Source: an uncultured Oscillospiraceae bacterium
GTDB lineage: Bacteria; Bacillota; Clostridia; Oscillospirales; Ruminococcaceae
Assembly (NCBI GenBank): GCA_949745795.1
Contig: CATKAZ010000110.1
Span: 10,723-74,722 of the forward strand
DNA length: 64,000 nt
Direction of reading: 5' to 3'
The translations under genes were made by a program, and so were the position numbers. Positions 19,602 through 29,921 of the stretch are shown here, one piece after another (position 1 is the first letter of the stretch; every line of letters starts with the position of its first letter). Under the pieces are notes generated by a model. It did not search any database. It saw nothing but the letters and a program-made list of their open reading frames with translations, and was not told the DNA's origin.

Positions 19602-20464
19602 CAGATTTTCCCCCTTTTTTTCAATTCCCGAATTATCAGTTCTTTGGCATACTTTACTGTATAAACCTCTTCATCAAAACTTAATCCTTTATTTTTCAGT
19701 ATATTGAATACACGAGCTATCTGCGGTACTGAAAGCCCCATACTTGAAATTTCTTCCGTGCGCTTAAACACTTCAGCTGTTTTGTCATAACAAAAAACCT
19801 TTGAATCGTTCATAACAAGAATCTTTGAAGCAAATTTCGCAACGTCCTCCATACTGTGTGAAACAAGCAAAACAGTACATCCTGTTGTTTTATGATAATG
19901 ACTTATCTGACTTAAAATCATATCACGTCCCTTAGGATCAAGACCGGCAGTAGGCTCGTCCAATATAAGTACCTCCGGCTCCATTGCCATAACTCCCGCA
20001 ATTGCAACACGGCGCTTTTGTCCTCCTGAAAGCTCAAATGGAGATTTATTCAGTATATCCTCTGTCAATCCCACTGAAACAGCAGTTCTGCGAACACGTC
20101 CGTCAATTTCATTCTCACTGAGTTTCATGTTTTTAGGACCGAATGCAATATCCTTATATACCGTATCTTCAAATATCTGATATTCGGGATACTGAAAAAC
20201 AAGTCCGACTTTAAAACGCACCTGACGGATTTTAGTTTTATCAGCCCAAATATCTTCACCGTCAAGATATATTTTTCCCGACGTAGGTTTAAGCAGACCG
20301 TTAAAATGCTGAATCAGCGTAGATTTACCCGAACCTGTATGACCTATTACCCCGACAAATTCTCCCTTTTCTATTTCAAGACTTACATGGTCAACCGCCG
20401 TTTTTTCAAAAGGCGTCCCCTGACTGTAAACATAAGTCAATTCTTCCGTTTTCAGTATTGCCAA
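19601..20464 (-). CDS. ecfA2: ECF transporter ATPase A2
   Basis: 287 aa with Walker A GHTGSGKST, signature LSGGQKRRVAIAG and Walker B LILDEPT. Confidence 0.85.
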   Translation of the reverse strand: MAILKTEELTYVYSQGTPFEKTAVDHVSLEIEKGEFVGVIGHTGSGKSTLIQHFNGLLKPTSGKIYLDGEDIWADKTKIRQVRFKVGLVFQYPEYQIFEDTVYKDIAFGPKNMKLSENEIDGRVRRTAVSVGLTEDILNKSPFELSGGQKRRVAIAGVMAMEPEVLILDEPTAGLDPKGRDMILSQISHYHKTTGCTVLLVSHSMEDVAKFASKILVMNDSKVFCYDKTAEVFKRTEEISSMGLSVPQIARVFNILKNKGLSFDEEVYTVKYAKELIIRELKKRGKI

Positions 20465-20495
20465 TTTTAAGCTCCTTTTTTTGCCGTTTCCAAAC

Positions 20496-21329
20496 TCATG
20501 AAAGCAGTTTCAACAGTGCATCGCAGCATTCGTTTTCATTTATAATATGAGTATCAAGTTTTAATCCGTATTTATTAAGCTCATATACAAGCTCTGTCAC
20601 CTGAGGAACATCAAGCCCCACAGCTTTAAGTTCCTCAACACGGGAAAATACCTGCTTGGGACTGTTGTCCATCAGAACCTTTCCCCTGTCCATGACGATT
20701 ATTCGTCCGCACTGTGCAGCCTCTTCCATATAATGAGTAATCAGAATTATTGTAATTCCGTACTTGCTGTTAAGCTCTTTAACGGTTTTCATAACCTCTG
20801 CTCTTCCCTTCGGATCAAGCATAGCGGTAGGCTCGTCCAGAACGATGCAGCGTGGACGCATAGCAATTATTCCCGCAATTGCCACTCTCTGCTTCTGCCC
20901 TCCCGAAAGCTGATGAGGCGCATGCATTCTGTATTCATACATTCCCACTGCCTTCAAGGCTTCATCAACTCTACGACGTATTTCGTCGGATTGTACTCCC
21001 AGATTTTCAAGAGCAAAAGCCACATCTTCTTCCACAATAGTCGCAACTATCTGATTATCGGGATTCTGAAACACCATCCCCACACGCTGACGTATATCGT
21101 AAATTCTGTTCTCGTCCTTTGTATCAATACCGTCAATATACACCGTACCGCCGCTTGGCAGCAAAATAGCATTAAGATGCTTTGCTAAAGTAGATTTTCC
21201 GCAGCCGTTATGTCCCAAAACAGCAGTCATTTCACCCTGTTTAAAACTTATATTTATATCCTTTAAAACTAACACGTCTTCCCCGTCATATTTAAAATCC
21301 AGGTTAACAGATTCTGCAAAATTTTCCAT
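20496..21329 (-). CDS. ecfA1: ECF transporter ATPase A1
   Basis: Walker [10 protein letters not shown] and signature [14 protein letters not shown] chose the start at MENFAES (21329) so that it does not overlap the upstream gene, whose stop is at 21335. Confidence 0.85.
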   Translation of the reverse strand: MENFAESVNLDFKYDGEDVLVLKDINISFKQGEMTAVLGHNGCGKSTLAKHLNAILLPSGGTVYIDGIDTKDENRIYDIRQRVGMVFQNPDNQIVATIVEEDVAFALENLGVQSDEIRRRVDEALKAVGMYEYRMHAPHQLSGGQKQRVAIAGIIAMRPRCIVLDEPTAMLDPKGRAEVMKTVKELNSKYGITIILITHYMEEAAQCGRIIVMDRGKVLMDNSPKQVFSRVEELKAVGLDVPQVTELVYELNKYGLKLDTHIINENECCDALLKLLS

Positions 21330-21334
21330 ATCCG

Positions 21335-22201
21335 TTATCCTTTCTGCCATATAGCCGTCGAACCGCAGGGAAGACAAAGTCCGCTTTCTTCAACCGGAAG
21401 TCCGATTTCATCAAATGTCACATTTCCGCCGAACTGCGGACAAATTGTTTCTCCTAAAATATAACCCATAACCGACGGTGAAAGTCCGGCAGTATAGCTG
21501 TTTATCAGAAAGAAAAGCGGTTCGTCGCTTAAAACTCCCGTACAGAGCTTAACAAGGTCAAATACGCAGTCCTCAAGCTTCCAGACCTCTCCTCCCGGGC
21601 CTCTGCCGTAGCTGGGAGGATCCATGATAACTGCGTCATATTTTTTTCCGCGTCTGATCTCTCTGGCAATAAATTTTTCACAATCGTCCACTATCCAACG
21701 AATCGGCTTTTCTGTCAGACCTGAAAGCGCCGCATTTTCTCTTGCCCAGCTTACCATACCCTTAGAAGCGTCCACATGGCATACCTTTGCTCCTGCTGAC
21801 GCACAAGCAAGCGTCGCTCCACCCGTATAGGCAAAAAGGTTCAAAACATTTATCTCACGTCCGGCATTTTTTATTTTATCGGACATGAAATCCCAGTTTA
21901 CTGCCTGTTCGGGAAATAGTCCGGTATGTTTAAAACCCGTAGGCTTTATAAGGAATTTCAGTTCCCTATAAGACATCTCCCATGATTCGGGAGGCTTTTT
22001 AGAAAAGCTCCAGCTTCCGCCGCCGCTGGAAGAACGGTGGTAATGTCCCAATGCCTTATTCCACAGCGGAGATTTTTTTGTAGTTTTCCAAATTATCTGC
22101 GGATCGGGACGGATAAGTATGTTACCGTTCCAAGATTCCAGCTTTTCCTGTGACGTAGTATCTATAATCTTATATTCTTTCCAGTTCTGTGCGATACGCA
22201 T
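21335..22201 (-). CDS. Class I SAM-dependent methyltransferase (RlmI/RlmK-like rRNA methyltransferase fold)
   Basis: 288 aa with [13 protein letters not shown] (motif I) and [10 protein letters not shown] (motif IV). Confidence 0.65.
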   Translation of the reverse strand: MRIAQNWKEYKIIDTTSQEKLESWNGNILIRPDPQIIWKTTKKSPLWNKALGHYHRSSSGGGSWSFSKKPPESWEMSYRELKFLIKPTGFKHTGLFPEQAVNWDFMSDKIKNAGREINVLNLFAYTGGATLACASAGAKVCHVDASKGMVSWARENAALSGLTEKPIRWIVDDCEKFIAREIRRGKKYDAVIMDPPSYGRGPGGEVWKLEDCVFDLVKLCTGVLSDEPLFFLINSYTAGLSPSVMGYILGETICPQFGGNVTFDEIGLPVEESGLCLPCGSTAIWQKG

Positions 22202-22262
22202 AGTCCTTAAGTCCTTTACTGTTTATTTTTCCGCAAACGCTTTTTAACGTCCACTCACAATA

Positions 22263-23615
22263 TCATCTTCCGGCACGTTCCTTTATTTTTTCCGAAATTG
22301 CAACAGCGTATTCGTTTATCTGTTTAAAGTCCTTGCCTTCGAGCATTACTCTGATAAGCGGTTCTGTTCCGCTTTCTCTTACCAAAATTCTTCCGCTGTC
22401 ACCAAGTTCGTTTTCATAATGCTCAATAAGATCCGTGATCTGACTGTCGTTTTTCCAGACTTCTCTGTCACGGGGACTGATTTTAACATTTATCATAACC
22501 TGGGGATAATGCTCCATTACAGAGGCAAGCTCCGACATTTTCTTTCCGGATTCAGCAAGTATTTCCAGAACCTTTGCGCCTGAAAGCTGACCGTCACCCG
22601 TATTGGCTTCGTCAAGGAAAATAATATGACCGCTTTGCTCGCCGCCTAAATTATATCCTCCCTCAAGCATTTTTTCAAGTACATATCTGTCGCCGACTTT
22701 AGTAGTCTGCATTTTTATGCCGTTGTTCTTAGCAAAATAAGTAAATCCCAAATTGCTCATAACAGTAACCACAGCGGTATTTTTATTCAGTTTTCCCTTT
22801 TCCTTGTAAGCCTTTGCACAGATAGCAATAAGCTTATCACCGTCGATAAGCTGACCTTTTTCATCTACCGCAAGACATCTGTCTGCGTCGCCGTCAAAGG
22901 CAAGCCCCGCATGGCATTTTTTATCAACAACAAACTGCATAAGATTTCCGATATGCGTCGAACCGCAGTTATCGTTAATATTTGTACCGTCCGGATAAGA
23001 ATTTATAACGTAAACGTTTGCTCCAAGTCCCTCAAAAAGTCTTTTTGCTGTTGCAGAAGCGCTGCCGTTTGCACAATCAATGGCAATTCTCAGTCCGGTG
23101 AGATTGCCCTTTATAGATTTCATAATATATCTGATATAATCTGTCTGTGCGTCACGGTAATATGTAATTTTACCTACTTCTCCATGTGAAACAATCTTCA
23201 TATCCTGAGGTCTGTCTAAAATCAGTTCTTCAATTTCTTCTTCCATTTCATCTGACAGCTTATAACCTGTTGACGAGAAAAGCTTAATACCGTTAAATTC
23301 AAAGCTGTTGTGCGACGCTGAAATCATAACGCCTGCGTCTGCCCCCTTCTGTTCAACAAGTACCGCAACTGCCGGAGTAGGAACAACTCCCAATATTTCG
23401 GCATTAGCCCCCACAGAACAAATACCTGCCGCAAGAGCCGCTTCCAGAACATCTGATGAAATTCTCGTATCCTTTCCTATGAAAATTGTAGGCTTATGTT
23501 TTGTTTTCTTTGTAAGTACAATAGCTGCCGCTTTTCCTATCTGCATTGCCATTTCGCATGTAAGCTCTGTAATAGCTACTCCCCTTGCACCGTCAGTTCC
23601 AAATAATCTTCCCAT
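22263..23615 (-). CDS. glmM: Phosphoglucosamine mutase
   Basis: 450 aa with N-terminal GRLFGTDGARG, phosphoserine loop ISASHNSFEFNGIK, the FDGDADR metal loop and GEQSGH. Confidence 0.92.
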   Translation of the reverse strand: MGRLFGTDGARGVAITELTCEMAMQIGKAAAIVLTKKTKHKPTIFIGKDTRISSDVLEAALAAGICSVGANAEILGVVPTPAVAVLVEQKGADAGVMISASHNSFEFNGIKLFSSTGYKLSDEMEEEIEELILDRPQDMKIVSHGEVGKITYYRDAQTDYIRYIMKSIKGNLTGLRIAIDCANGSASATAKRLFEGLGANVYVINSYPDGTNINDNCGSTHIGNLMQFVVDKKCHAGLAFDGDADRCLAVDEKGQLIDGDKLIAICAKAYKEKGKLNKNTAVVTVMSNLGFTYFAKNNGIKMQTTKVGDRYVLEKMLEGGYNLGGEQSGHIIFLDEANTGDGQLSGAKVLEILAESGKKMSELASVMEHYPQVMINVKISPRDREVWKNDSQITDLIEHYENELGDSGRILVRESGTEPLIRVMLEGKDFKQINEYAVAISEKIKERAGR

Positions 23616-23653
23616 TTGCCAATATCTCCTGTCTTATAATATAATTTAATCAT

Positions 23654-24700
23654 TTATAGTCTAAGCTGTCCCTCATTTTCATCTTCTTTTAGAAATCCAA
23701 GATGAGCATAAGCAAGCTTTGTTGCTACTCTTCCTCTTGGCGTTCGTGCCAAAAATCCAAGCTGCATTAAAAACGGTTCGCACACATCCTCTAGAGTTAC
23801 TGCTTCCTCTCCGATAGCAGATGCCAGTGTTTCCAAGCCTGCCGGACCGCCGTTGTATCCTTTTATAAGCATTGTAAGCATTCGTTTATCAAGACTGTCC
23901 AAACCTAAAGAATCAATTTCCAGACGGTTTAAAGCAATTGCAGCTATATCCGATGTAATCTCTCCGTTTCCCATAACCTCGGCAAAATCTCTTACACGCT
24001 TTAACAATCTGTTTGCAATTCTAGGCGTTCCTCTTGAACGCTTTGCAATTTCCAAAGCGCCGTCCGACGTACAGGGTATTTCAAGAATAGTGCTGCTTCT
24101 TCTTATTATATCGCTAAGCTGTTCATGACTGTAAAGTTCCAATCTCTGAATGATTCCGAATCTGTCACGCAGCGGAGATGTAAGCTGCCCCGCACGGGTT
24201 GTTGCTCCTACAAGTGTAAATTTTTCAAGATCAACACGTATTGAACGTGCAGACGGTCCTTTGCCTATTACTATATCAAGAGCATTATCCTCAAGTGCCG
24301 GATAGAGAATTTCCTCAATAGAACGGGATAATCTGTGTATCTCATCTATAAAAAGCACGTCATTTGACGATAAATTAGTAAGCAATGCTGCTAAATCCCC
24401 GGGTTTTTCAATAGCCGGACCGGTTGTAATCCTAAGATTTGCACCCATTTCATGAGCAATAATTCCGGCAAGAGTAGTTTTACCCAATCCCGGAGGACCA
24501 TAAAGCAGAACATGATCCAAAGGTTCTCCTCTTCTTTTAGCTGCTTCTATATAAATCGCAAGATTCTCTTTAACCTTATCCTGACCGATATATTCCTGCA
24601 AAGTCTGAGGACGAAGCGTAAATTCGGTTTCTGCGTCCGATTCGGTATACTCAGGAGCTACCGCCCTGCTTTCAAACTCCATATCTCCTGTTTCTATCAA
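23654..24700 (-). CDS. ruvB: Holliday junction branch migration helicase RuvB
   Basis: 348 aa with [12 protein letters not shown], Walker [12 protein letters not shown] and FIDEIHRL. Confidence 0.93.
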   Translation of the reverse strand: MIETGDMEFESRAVAPEYTESDAETEFTLRPQTLQEYIGQDKVKENLAIYIEAAKRRGEPLDHVLLYGPPGLGKTTLAGIIAHEMGANLRITTGPAIEKPGDLAALLTNLSSNDVLFIDEIHRLSRSIEEILYPALEDNALDIVIGKGPSARSIRVDLEKFTLVGATTRAGQLTSPLRDRFGIIQRLELYSHEQLSDIIRRSSTILEIPCTSDGALEIAKRSRGTPRIANRLLKRVRDFAEVMGNGEITSDIAAIALNRLEIDSLGLDSLDKRMLTMLIKGYNGGPAGLETLASAIGEEAVTLEDVCEPFLMQLGFLARTPRGRVATKLAYAHLGFLKEDENEGQLRL

Positions 24701-24724
24701 TTGATTTTCACCTTTCCGTGATTA

Positions 24725-25327
24725 TTATTTTTTACCTATAATTTTCAGCGCCTGTTTTACAATTTCACCTGTATCAAGAGAGGTATCTATTTTTGATACG
24801 GCAGCGGCAACTTCCTCCTGTGAAAATCCTAAAACCATAAGCGCCGAAACCGCTTCGGCACAGTTATCCCCTTCGGGAACAAAAACATTTCCCGAAGATT
24901 TTATATCCGCAGCCGTGATACTTTCCTTTGCAATTTTATCTTTCAGTTCCAATACAATTCTCTGAGCAAGCTTAGGTCCGACTCCCTTGGTTTTAGTAAA
25001 TACCTTACTGTCACCGGACGCTATAGTCAGTGCAAATCTTTGCGCATCTATATCCGAAAGAATTGACAGAGCCGCTTTCGGACCTACTCCGGACACAGAT
25101 ATAAGCATTTTAAAGCAATTCAACTCCTGCATGGAATAAAATCCAAAAAGCTCAACATTGTCCTCCCTCACATGCAGATATGTATAAAGATAAACCTCTT
25201 TTCCAACCTCGCCCAGCTGAGATGCTGTAGAATGAGTTGTTCTGCATGAGTAGCCTATTCCGGAACATTCCACAACTGCCAAAAACGGTTCTTTATGTAT
25301 AAGCTTTCCTCTAACACTGTAAATCAT
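24725..25327 (-). CDS. ruvA: Holliday junction DNA-binding protein RuvA
   Basis: 200 aa with MIYSVRGKL, HhH motifs (SVSGVGPKAAL, KGVGPKLAQRI) and a C-terminal domain III. Confidence 0.9.
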   Translation of the reverse strand: MIYSVRGKLIHKEPFLAVVECSGIGYSCRTTHSTASQLGEVGKEVYLYTYLHVREDNVELFGFYSMQELNCFKMLISVSGVGPKAALSILSDIDAQRFALTIASGDSKVFTKTKGVGPKLAQRIVLELKDKIAKESITAADIKSSGNVFVPEGDNCAEAVSALMVLGFSQEEVAAAVSKIDTSLDTGEIVKQALKIIGKK

Positions 25328-25349
25328 TTATTTCACCTTACTTATTATA

Positions 25350-25829
25350 TTATCTTATTCCTTTGCAGCAGTGTCCGTGACAAATTGCAAGAGCAAGAGC
25401 ATCTGCGGCATCATCCGGTTTGGGAATTTGTTCAAGCTTTAAAATACGTCTTGTCATATCCATAACCTGCTTTTTCTCAGCCTTGCCGTAACCTACGACT
25501 GCTTGCTTCACCTGCAACGGCGTATACTCATATATAGACACTCCATGTCTTACAGCCGAAAGAACTATTACTCCTCTTGCCTGTGCCACATCAATTGCCG
25601 TTTTTTGATTGTTAGTAAAAAACAGTTTTTCAATTGATAAACAATCCGGATCAAATTTTTCAAGAATATAATCCATATCGTCTGCAATACATTTAAGGCG
25701 CTGAGAAAAATCCGTATGAGCTTCTGTTAAAATCGCCCCGTACTCTACAGGAGCAAAATTTGCACCCGAATAATCTGCGACTCCGAACCCCACAATAGCA
25801 TAACCCGGATCAATTCCAAGAATACGCAA
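25350..25829 (-). CDS. ruvC: Crossover junction endodeoxyribonuclease RuvC
   Basis: 159 aa with MRILGIDPGYAIVGFGV and C-terminal DAADALALAICH. Confidence 0.9.
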   Translation of the reverse strand: MRILGIDPGYAIVGFGVADYSGANFAPVEYGAILTEAHTDFSQRLKCIADDMDYILEKFDPDCLSIEKLFFTNNQKTAIDVAQARGVIVLSAVRHGVSIYEYTPLQVKQAVVGYGKAEKKQVMDMTRRILKLEQIPKPDDAADALALAICHGHCCKGIR

Positions 25830-25930
25830 AAAAACACATCCTCAAAAATATATTTATATTTTATTATAGCACAAATCACATATGACTTTCAATAGATAAA
25901 TCACATTTATACAGAAATTTTGTTATTTAT

Positions 25931-25960
25931 AAAAAAAGCGGACGCTTTTAAACGTCCGCT
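25931..25960 (-). terminator. Intrinsic terminator after the LRR-dockerin gene
   Basis: On the minus strand, stem AGCGGACG / CGTCCGCT followed by TTTTTTT. Confidence 0.75.
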
Positions 25961-25980
25961 TAATTTTATTTTCACTTGAA

Positions 25981-27420
25981 TTATTTTTTTAAGATCTGTT
26001 CTGCAAGATATTTTGCAATTGCAGCAGCGTCAGCAGCTGTTATTTTACCGTCTTCATTAAAATCCGCATTAGGATAAGCCGATAAAGTCACCTTATTGCC
26101 GGTAATCGAAGCTTCGGCAAGTTTTCTTGCAATAAATGCAGCGTCACTTGCACGAAGAACGCCGTCATCGTTAGCATCGCCCTTTACGCCGCTGTTGGCT
26201 AACTTAGAAAATGATTTATTATACTTTGTAGCATAGCTTTCGGCTGTTGACTTTGCAGCAGCGCATATTGTTACATCAGATTTATTAATTGTATTACCGC
26301 TGTCAAAAATTTCACATTTAGGATTATTTATTATTAATTTCGTTAAACTTGAGCAATTATAAAACGCCTTATCGTCAATACGAGCTACGCTTGCCGGAAT
26401 ATCTACAGTTGTCAAAAGATCACAGCCTTCAAAGGCGCTGATACCTATTCCCTTTAAATTATTTGAAAGAATTATTTCAGAAAGCTTTAAGCAATTATAA
26501 AATACACCGTTACCCATATCAGTTACACTGTTTGGAATTTCCATTGTTGTAAGACGAGAACAATTTAAAAAAGTATAATTTCCGATACTTACAACACTGT
26601 TCGGTATTGTTATGATTGACAGTTCGTCACAATTTTCAAAAGCATTATCGCCGATATACTTAACGCTGCTCGGAATTGAAACGTTTGAAAGATAATAACA
26701 GTTTCTGAATGCACGGTCCGCAATACCTGTTGTACCGGACTTTATCGGAGTAGATCCGTCAATCACGGTTTCAATCGTACCATTGCTGCCTATAACCCAT
26801 GTATCAGCGTAATACAAAGGACCTTCGTTTGCTTTCTGGTAGCTTAACATTGCAGTACCTTCAAAAGCTTTTGCCCCTACGCTTGATACGCTTCTGGGGA
26901 TATCTATATCAGTTAAACCCGAACAGTTGTAGAATGCTCCGTAGCCAATTCCCACAACACTGTTCGGAATAATAACATTATTTAAAACCGAACAATTATA
27001 AAAAGCATCTGCACCTATATATTTTACCACACCGGGAATTTCGTATTCTTTTGTTACTTTTCTTCCGGCAGGATAACAAATAAGCTCAGATTTATCCTTA
27101 TTAAACAAAACACCGTCTACAGTACTGAAATATTCATTGGAATTATTTACATTAATTTCATACAAATCCTTATTATCATAGAAAACATTGCTTTCTATGC
27201 TCTGTACCGATAAATTATCTATTACAGTAGGAATTGTTAATGTTTCTACCTTTTCCCCTGAATTTGATGTCCATCCGGTGATTGTTATATAATCGTATGT
27301 ACCATCATAATTAGTATCAACCTTTTTATACAGGAAGTTACCGCTAGCCATTTCACTGCTGTATGTTGCTGCATTAGCGGTTAGTGATTGTACCCCCCCG
27401 CAAGAATACTTGCGGCGCAT
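25981..27420 (-). CDS. Leucine-rich-repeat (BspA-type) surface protein with C-terminal dockerin; signal peptide detached by a frameshift
   Basis: About 10 repeats of the IP.SV..IG..AF..C..L type. The C-terminus has two dockerin Ca-binding segments, GDANDDGVLRASDAAFIARKLA and ADFNEDGKITAADAAAIAKYLA. The ORF as called has no signal peptide. A 26-codon ORF (27461-27381) encodes MTKKRILSLMTSMACAASILAGG in another frame. Confidence 0.8.
   Translation of the reverse strand: MRRKYSCGGVQSLTANAATYSSEMASGNFLYKKVDTNYDGTYDYITITGWTSNSGEKVETLTIPTVIDNLSVQSIESNVFYDNKDLYEINVNNSNEYFSTVDGVLFNKDKSELICYPAGRKVTKEYEIPGVVKYIGADAFYNCSVLNNVIIPNSVVGIGYGAFYNCSGLTDIDIPRSVSSVGAKAFEGTAMLSYQKANEGPLYYADTWVIGSNGTIETVIDGSTPIKSGTTGIADRAFRNCYYLSNVSIPSSVKYIGDNAFENCDELSIITIPNSVVSIGNYTFLNCSRLTTMEIPNSVTDMGNGVFYNCLKLSEIILSNNLKGIGISAFEGCDLLTTVDIPASVARIDDKAFYNCSSLTKLIINNPKCEIFDSGNTINKSDVTICAAAKSTAESYATKYNKSFSKLANSGVKGDANDDGVLRASDAAFIARKLAEASITGNKVTLSAYPNADFNEDGKITAADAAAIAKYLAEQILKK
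27393..27399 (-). repeat. G7 (plus strand C7) homopolymer at the frameshift site
   Basis: Plus strand TACCCCCCCG. Adding one G would join the signal-peptide ORF in frame to the LRR-dockerin ORF. Confidence 0.9.
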
Positions 27421-27494
27421 GCCATTGAAGTCATCAAGCTCAAGATTCTTTTCTTTGTCATTATAAATGACCTCCTTTTTATATTATAACTTTT

Positions 27495-27523
27495 ATTTTA
27501 CCATTCCGGTAAAATATTGTCAA
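27495..27523 (-). promoter_or_regulatory. Sigma-A type promoter of the LRR-dockerin gene
   Basis: On the minus strand, TTGACA (27523-27518), a 17-nt spacer and TAAAAT (27500-27495). RBS GGAGG lies 9 nt before the ATG at 27461. Confidence 0.55.
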
Positions 27524-27644
27524 GATTAAGATGGTAATTTTAGCATACCAATTAAATTATTATCTTTTCGCATATCAAATATTGTAATATTTTCATAATA
27601 CTTCTTTTTTTCTTCATTATTATATCATTTTAGCAATTTGCCGA

Positions 27645-27673
27645 TTGATTTTTACGGAAAATAAATGTATAAT
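27645..27673 (+). promoter_or_regulatory. Sigma-A type promoter of pheA
   Basis: TTGATT (27645-27650), a 17-nt spacer and TATAAT (27668-27673) preceded by TG (extended -10). Confidence 0.6.
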
Positions 27674-27707
27674 ATAATTTAAGACAATTTTATGAAAGGA
27701 AATAAAA

Positions 27708-28823
27708 ATGGACCTAAATCAATTAAGAAACGATATTGACAAGCTTGACAAAGAAATTTTAAATGCATTTGAAAAAAGAATGGATCTATGCCGTCAGGTA
27801 GCGATTTATAAAAAGGAAAATAATCTGCCGATTTTTCAGGAAGGCAGAGAAAAGGAAATTATTAAAAAAGTACGTGACAGGAGTCCGATACACTTAAAGG
27901 ACGGCTCGGCAGCTCTGTTTACTGAAATTATGGATATTAGCAAGTGCTTACAGCAGCAGGAGCTTTTAAAGGACAAAGAATTTATTCGCCCACGTCCCTT
28001 AAATATGAATTGCACAGGTAAAATCGGCTGTCAGGGTACAGCCGGTTCCAACTCCGAAACTGCCGCACGAAAGCTTTTTAATGATAATGAAATTGTGTTT
28101 TATCAGGAATTTGAAGATGTTTTTGAGGCTGTTGAAAAGGGAGATATTCAATTTGGTATTATCCCCATCCACAACTCCACCGCCGGTTCGGTTACTCAGA
28201 ATTACGACCTTATGAGAAAATACAGCGTATTTATAGCCAAAACCGTAAAAGTAGAAATCACGAACTGTCTTGCGGTAAAAAAAGGCACAAAACCTGAAAA
28301 TATAAAAAAGGTTTATTCACATCCCCAAGCGCTCAAGCAATGCTCAGGATTTCTTAAAAAAGGCGGTTTTGAACCGGTTGAATCCAAAAATACCGCTACG
28401 GCTGCAAAGTATGTAAGCGAATCGGGCTTTGAATGCGGAGCAATCTGCTCTGAAGCCTGCGCTAAGCTTTATGATATGGATATAATTGAAGCTAATATCT
28501 CCAATGTTATTCCGAATTTTACTCGTTTTATTTGTATTTCAAAGGATTTTCTTGTATCAGATGATGCGAATACAATTGCAGTAACCCTTGAACTGCCTAA
28601 TTCCAAAGGAAGTCTTTACAGATTGCTCACAAAGTTTTTTGTAAGTAATATGAATCTTGAAAAAATAGAAAACCGTCCGATTGCGGACGGCAGCTTTGAT
28701 GTTATATTCTATTTGGATTTTACGGGAAATATTAATAATCCTCAGGTAAAATCCCTTCTGACAGAATTATCAGACGAACTTGAATATTTTAAATTTTTGG
28801 GAAATTACAGCGAAACTCCATAG
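27708..28823 (+). CDS. pheA: Bifunctional chorismate mutase / prephenate dehydratase
   Basis: 371 aa with an N-terminal AroQ chorismate mutase helix (LRNDIDKLDKEILNAFEKRMDL), a PDT domain with TRF (IPNFTRFICI) and a C-terminal ACT domain (LEKIENRP). Confidence 0.9.
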   Translation: MDLNQLRNDIDKLDKEILNAFEKRMDLCRQVAIYKKENNLPIFQEGREKEIIKKVRDRSPIHLKDGSAALFTEIMDISKCLQQQELLKDKEFIRPRPLNMNCTGKIGCQGTAGSNSETAARKLFNDNEIVFYQEFEDVFEAVEKGDIQFGIIPIHNSTAGSVTQNYDLMRKYSVFIAKTVKVEITNCLAVKKGTKPENIKKVYSHPQALKQCSGFLKKGGFEPVESKNTATAAKYVSESGFECGAICSEACAKLYDMDIIEANISNVIPNFTRFICISKDFLVSDDANTIAVTLELPNSKGSLYRLLTKFFVSNMNLEKIENRPIADGSFDVIFYLDFTGNINNPQVKSLLTELSDELEYFKFLGNYSETP

Positions 28824-28824
28824 T

Positions 28825-29577
28825 TTATTTACGTTTATTATGCTGAATATTATATGTGATGGCAGAAAGCAATTTTTGCGGTACAAGCCTGGTTCCGAAT
28901 ACGCCGAGTTTCATCTGTATAGACGGAATAATCAATGCTTTTCCGCTTAAACATTTATCTATAGCATATTTTGCGGCATACTCACTGGATATAGATTTAA
29001 CGCTGAAAGAAACTCCGGCTCTGTTATTAAAATTTGTATCAACCGGTCCGGGACAGAATACGCTTATTTTAACATTGCTTCCGCTTCTTCTTAACTCTTC
29101 GTAAATTGCCATTGAAAGACGTAAAACATAATTTTTCGTAGCATAATACGAGGACATAAGCGGACCTGTCATAAATCCGGCGCTGGACGCTATATTTAAA
29201 ATCATTCCATAATTTCTGCGTTTAAAATCCCTGAGAAAAAGCTTGGTCAGTATATGCATAGCCCGTATATTTACATTTATCATATCAAGCTCATCCATAA
29301 TATCGGTTTTGTCAAATTCACCGAATATTCCATATCCGGCATTATTTATAAGAAAATCAATATTTTTATTCCTGCACTTTTTATAAAGTAAAAACGGTGC
29401 GTTATCCTCTGATAGATCAGAGTAAATTATTTCCACATTGGTTTTAAGTGTTTTCTTTAATGCTTCCAGCTTTTGGATATTCCTCGCTGTCAGAATCAGG
29501 TCAAAACCCTTTCCTGACAGATATCTTGCCATATCTCGCCCAATACCGGAACTTGCGCCTGTTATAAGTACTTTCAT
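28825..29577 (-). CDS. SDR-family oxidoreductase
   Basis: MKVLITGASSGIG cofactor motif, NNAG, and catalytic SxnYxxxK (SSYYATK). I chose the start at MKVLITG. Confidence 0.8.
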   Translation of the reverse strand: MKVLITGASSGIGRDMARYLSGKGFDLILTARNIQKLEALKKTLKTNVEIIYSDLSEDNAPFLLYKKCRNKNIDFLINNAGYGIFGEFDKTDIMDELDMINVNIRAMHILTKLFLRDFKRRNYGMILNIASSAGFMTGPLMSSYYATKNYVLRLSMAIYEELRRSGSNVKISVFCPGPVDTNFNNRAGVSFSVKSISSEYAAKYAIDKCLSGKALIIPSIQMKLGVFGTRLVPQKLLSAITYNIQHNKRK

Positions 29578-29921
29578 TGTAAACACTTCCTGTCAGCTAT
29601 AAAAATTTGCAAATAATTATAATAAATAATTACTTTTATTATAACATATTTTAATACATTTATCCATACTATCTGAAAATTTTATGAAAATTTTAAAAAT
29701 TTCAAATAAAAGTATGGACTTATAAGCAGTAATATAGTATAATTATAAAGTATCTGACATTTCATTAACACATTTTTAAAATTCAATGTGTGTGATTAAC
29801 CTTAAATTTCGGTATGCCGTTCGCCATAAAAAACGGCAGTAACGATATTCAAAAATATTTTTATAAAGCCGCAGAAAATATTTGTTATAGCGTTGCTCTG
29901 CGGCAGAATAGGAGAATAATC

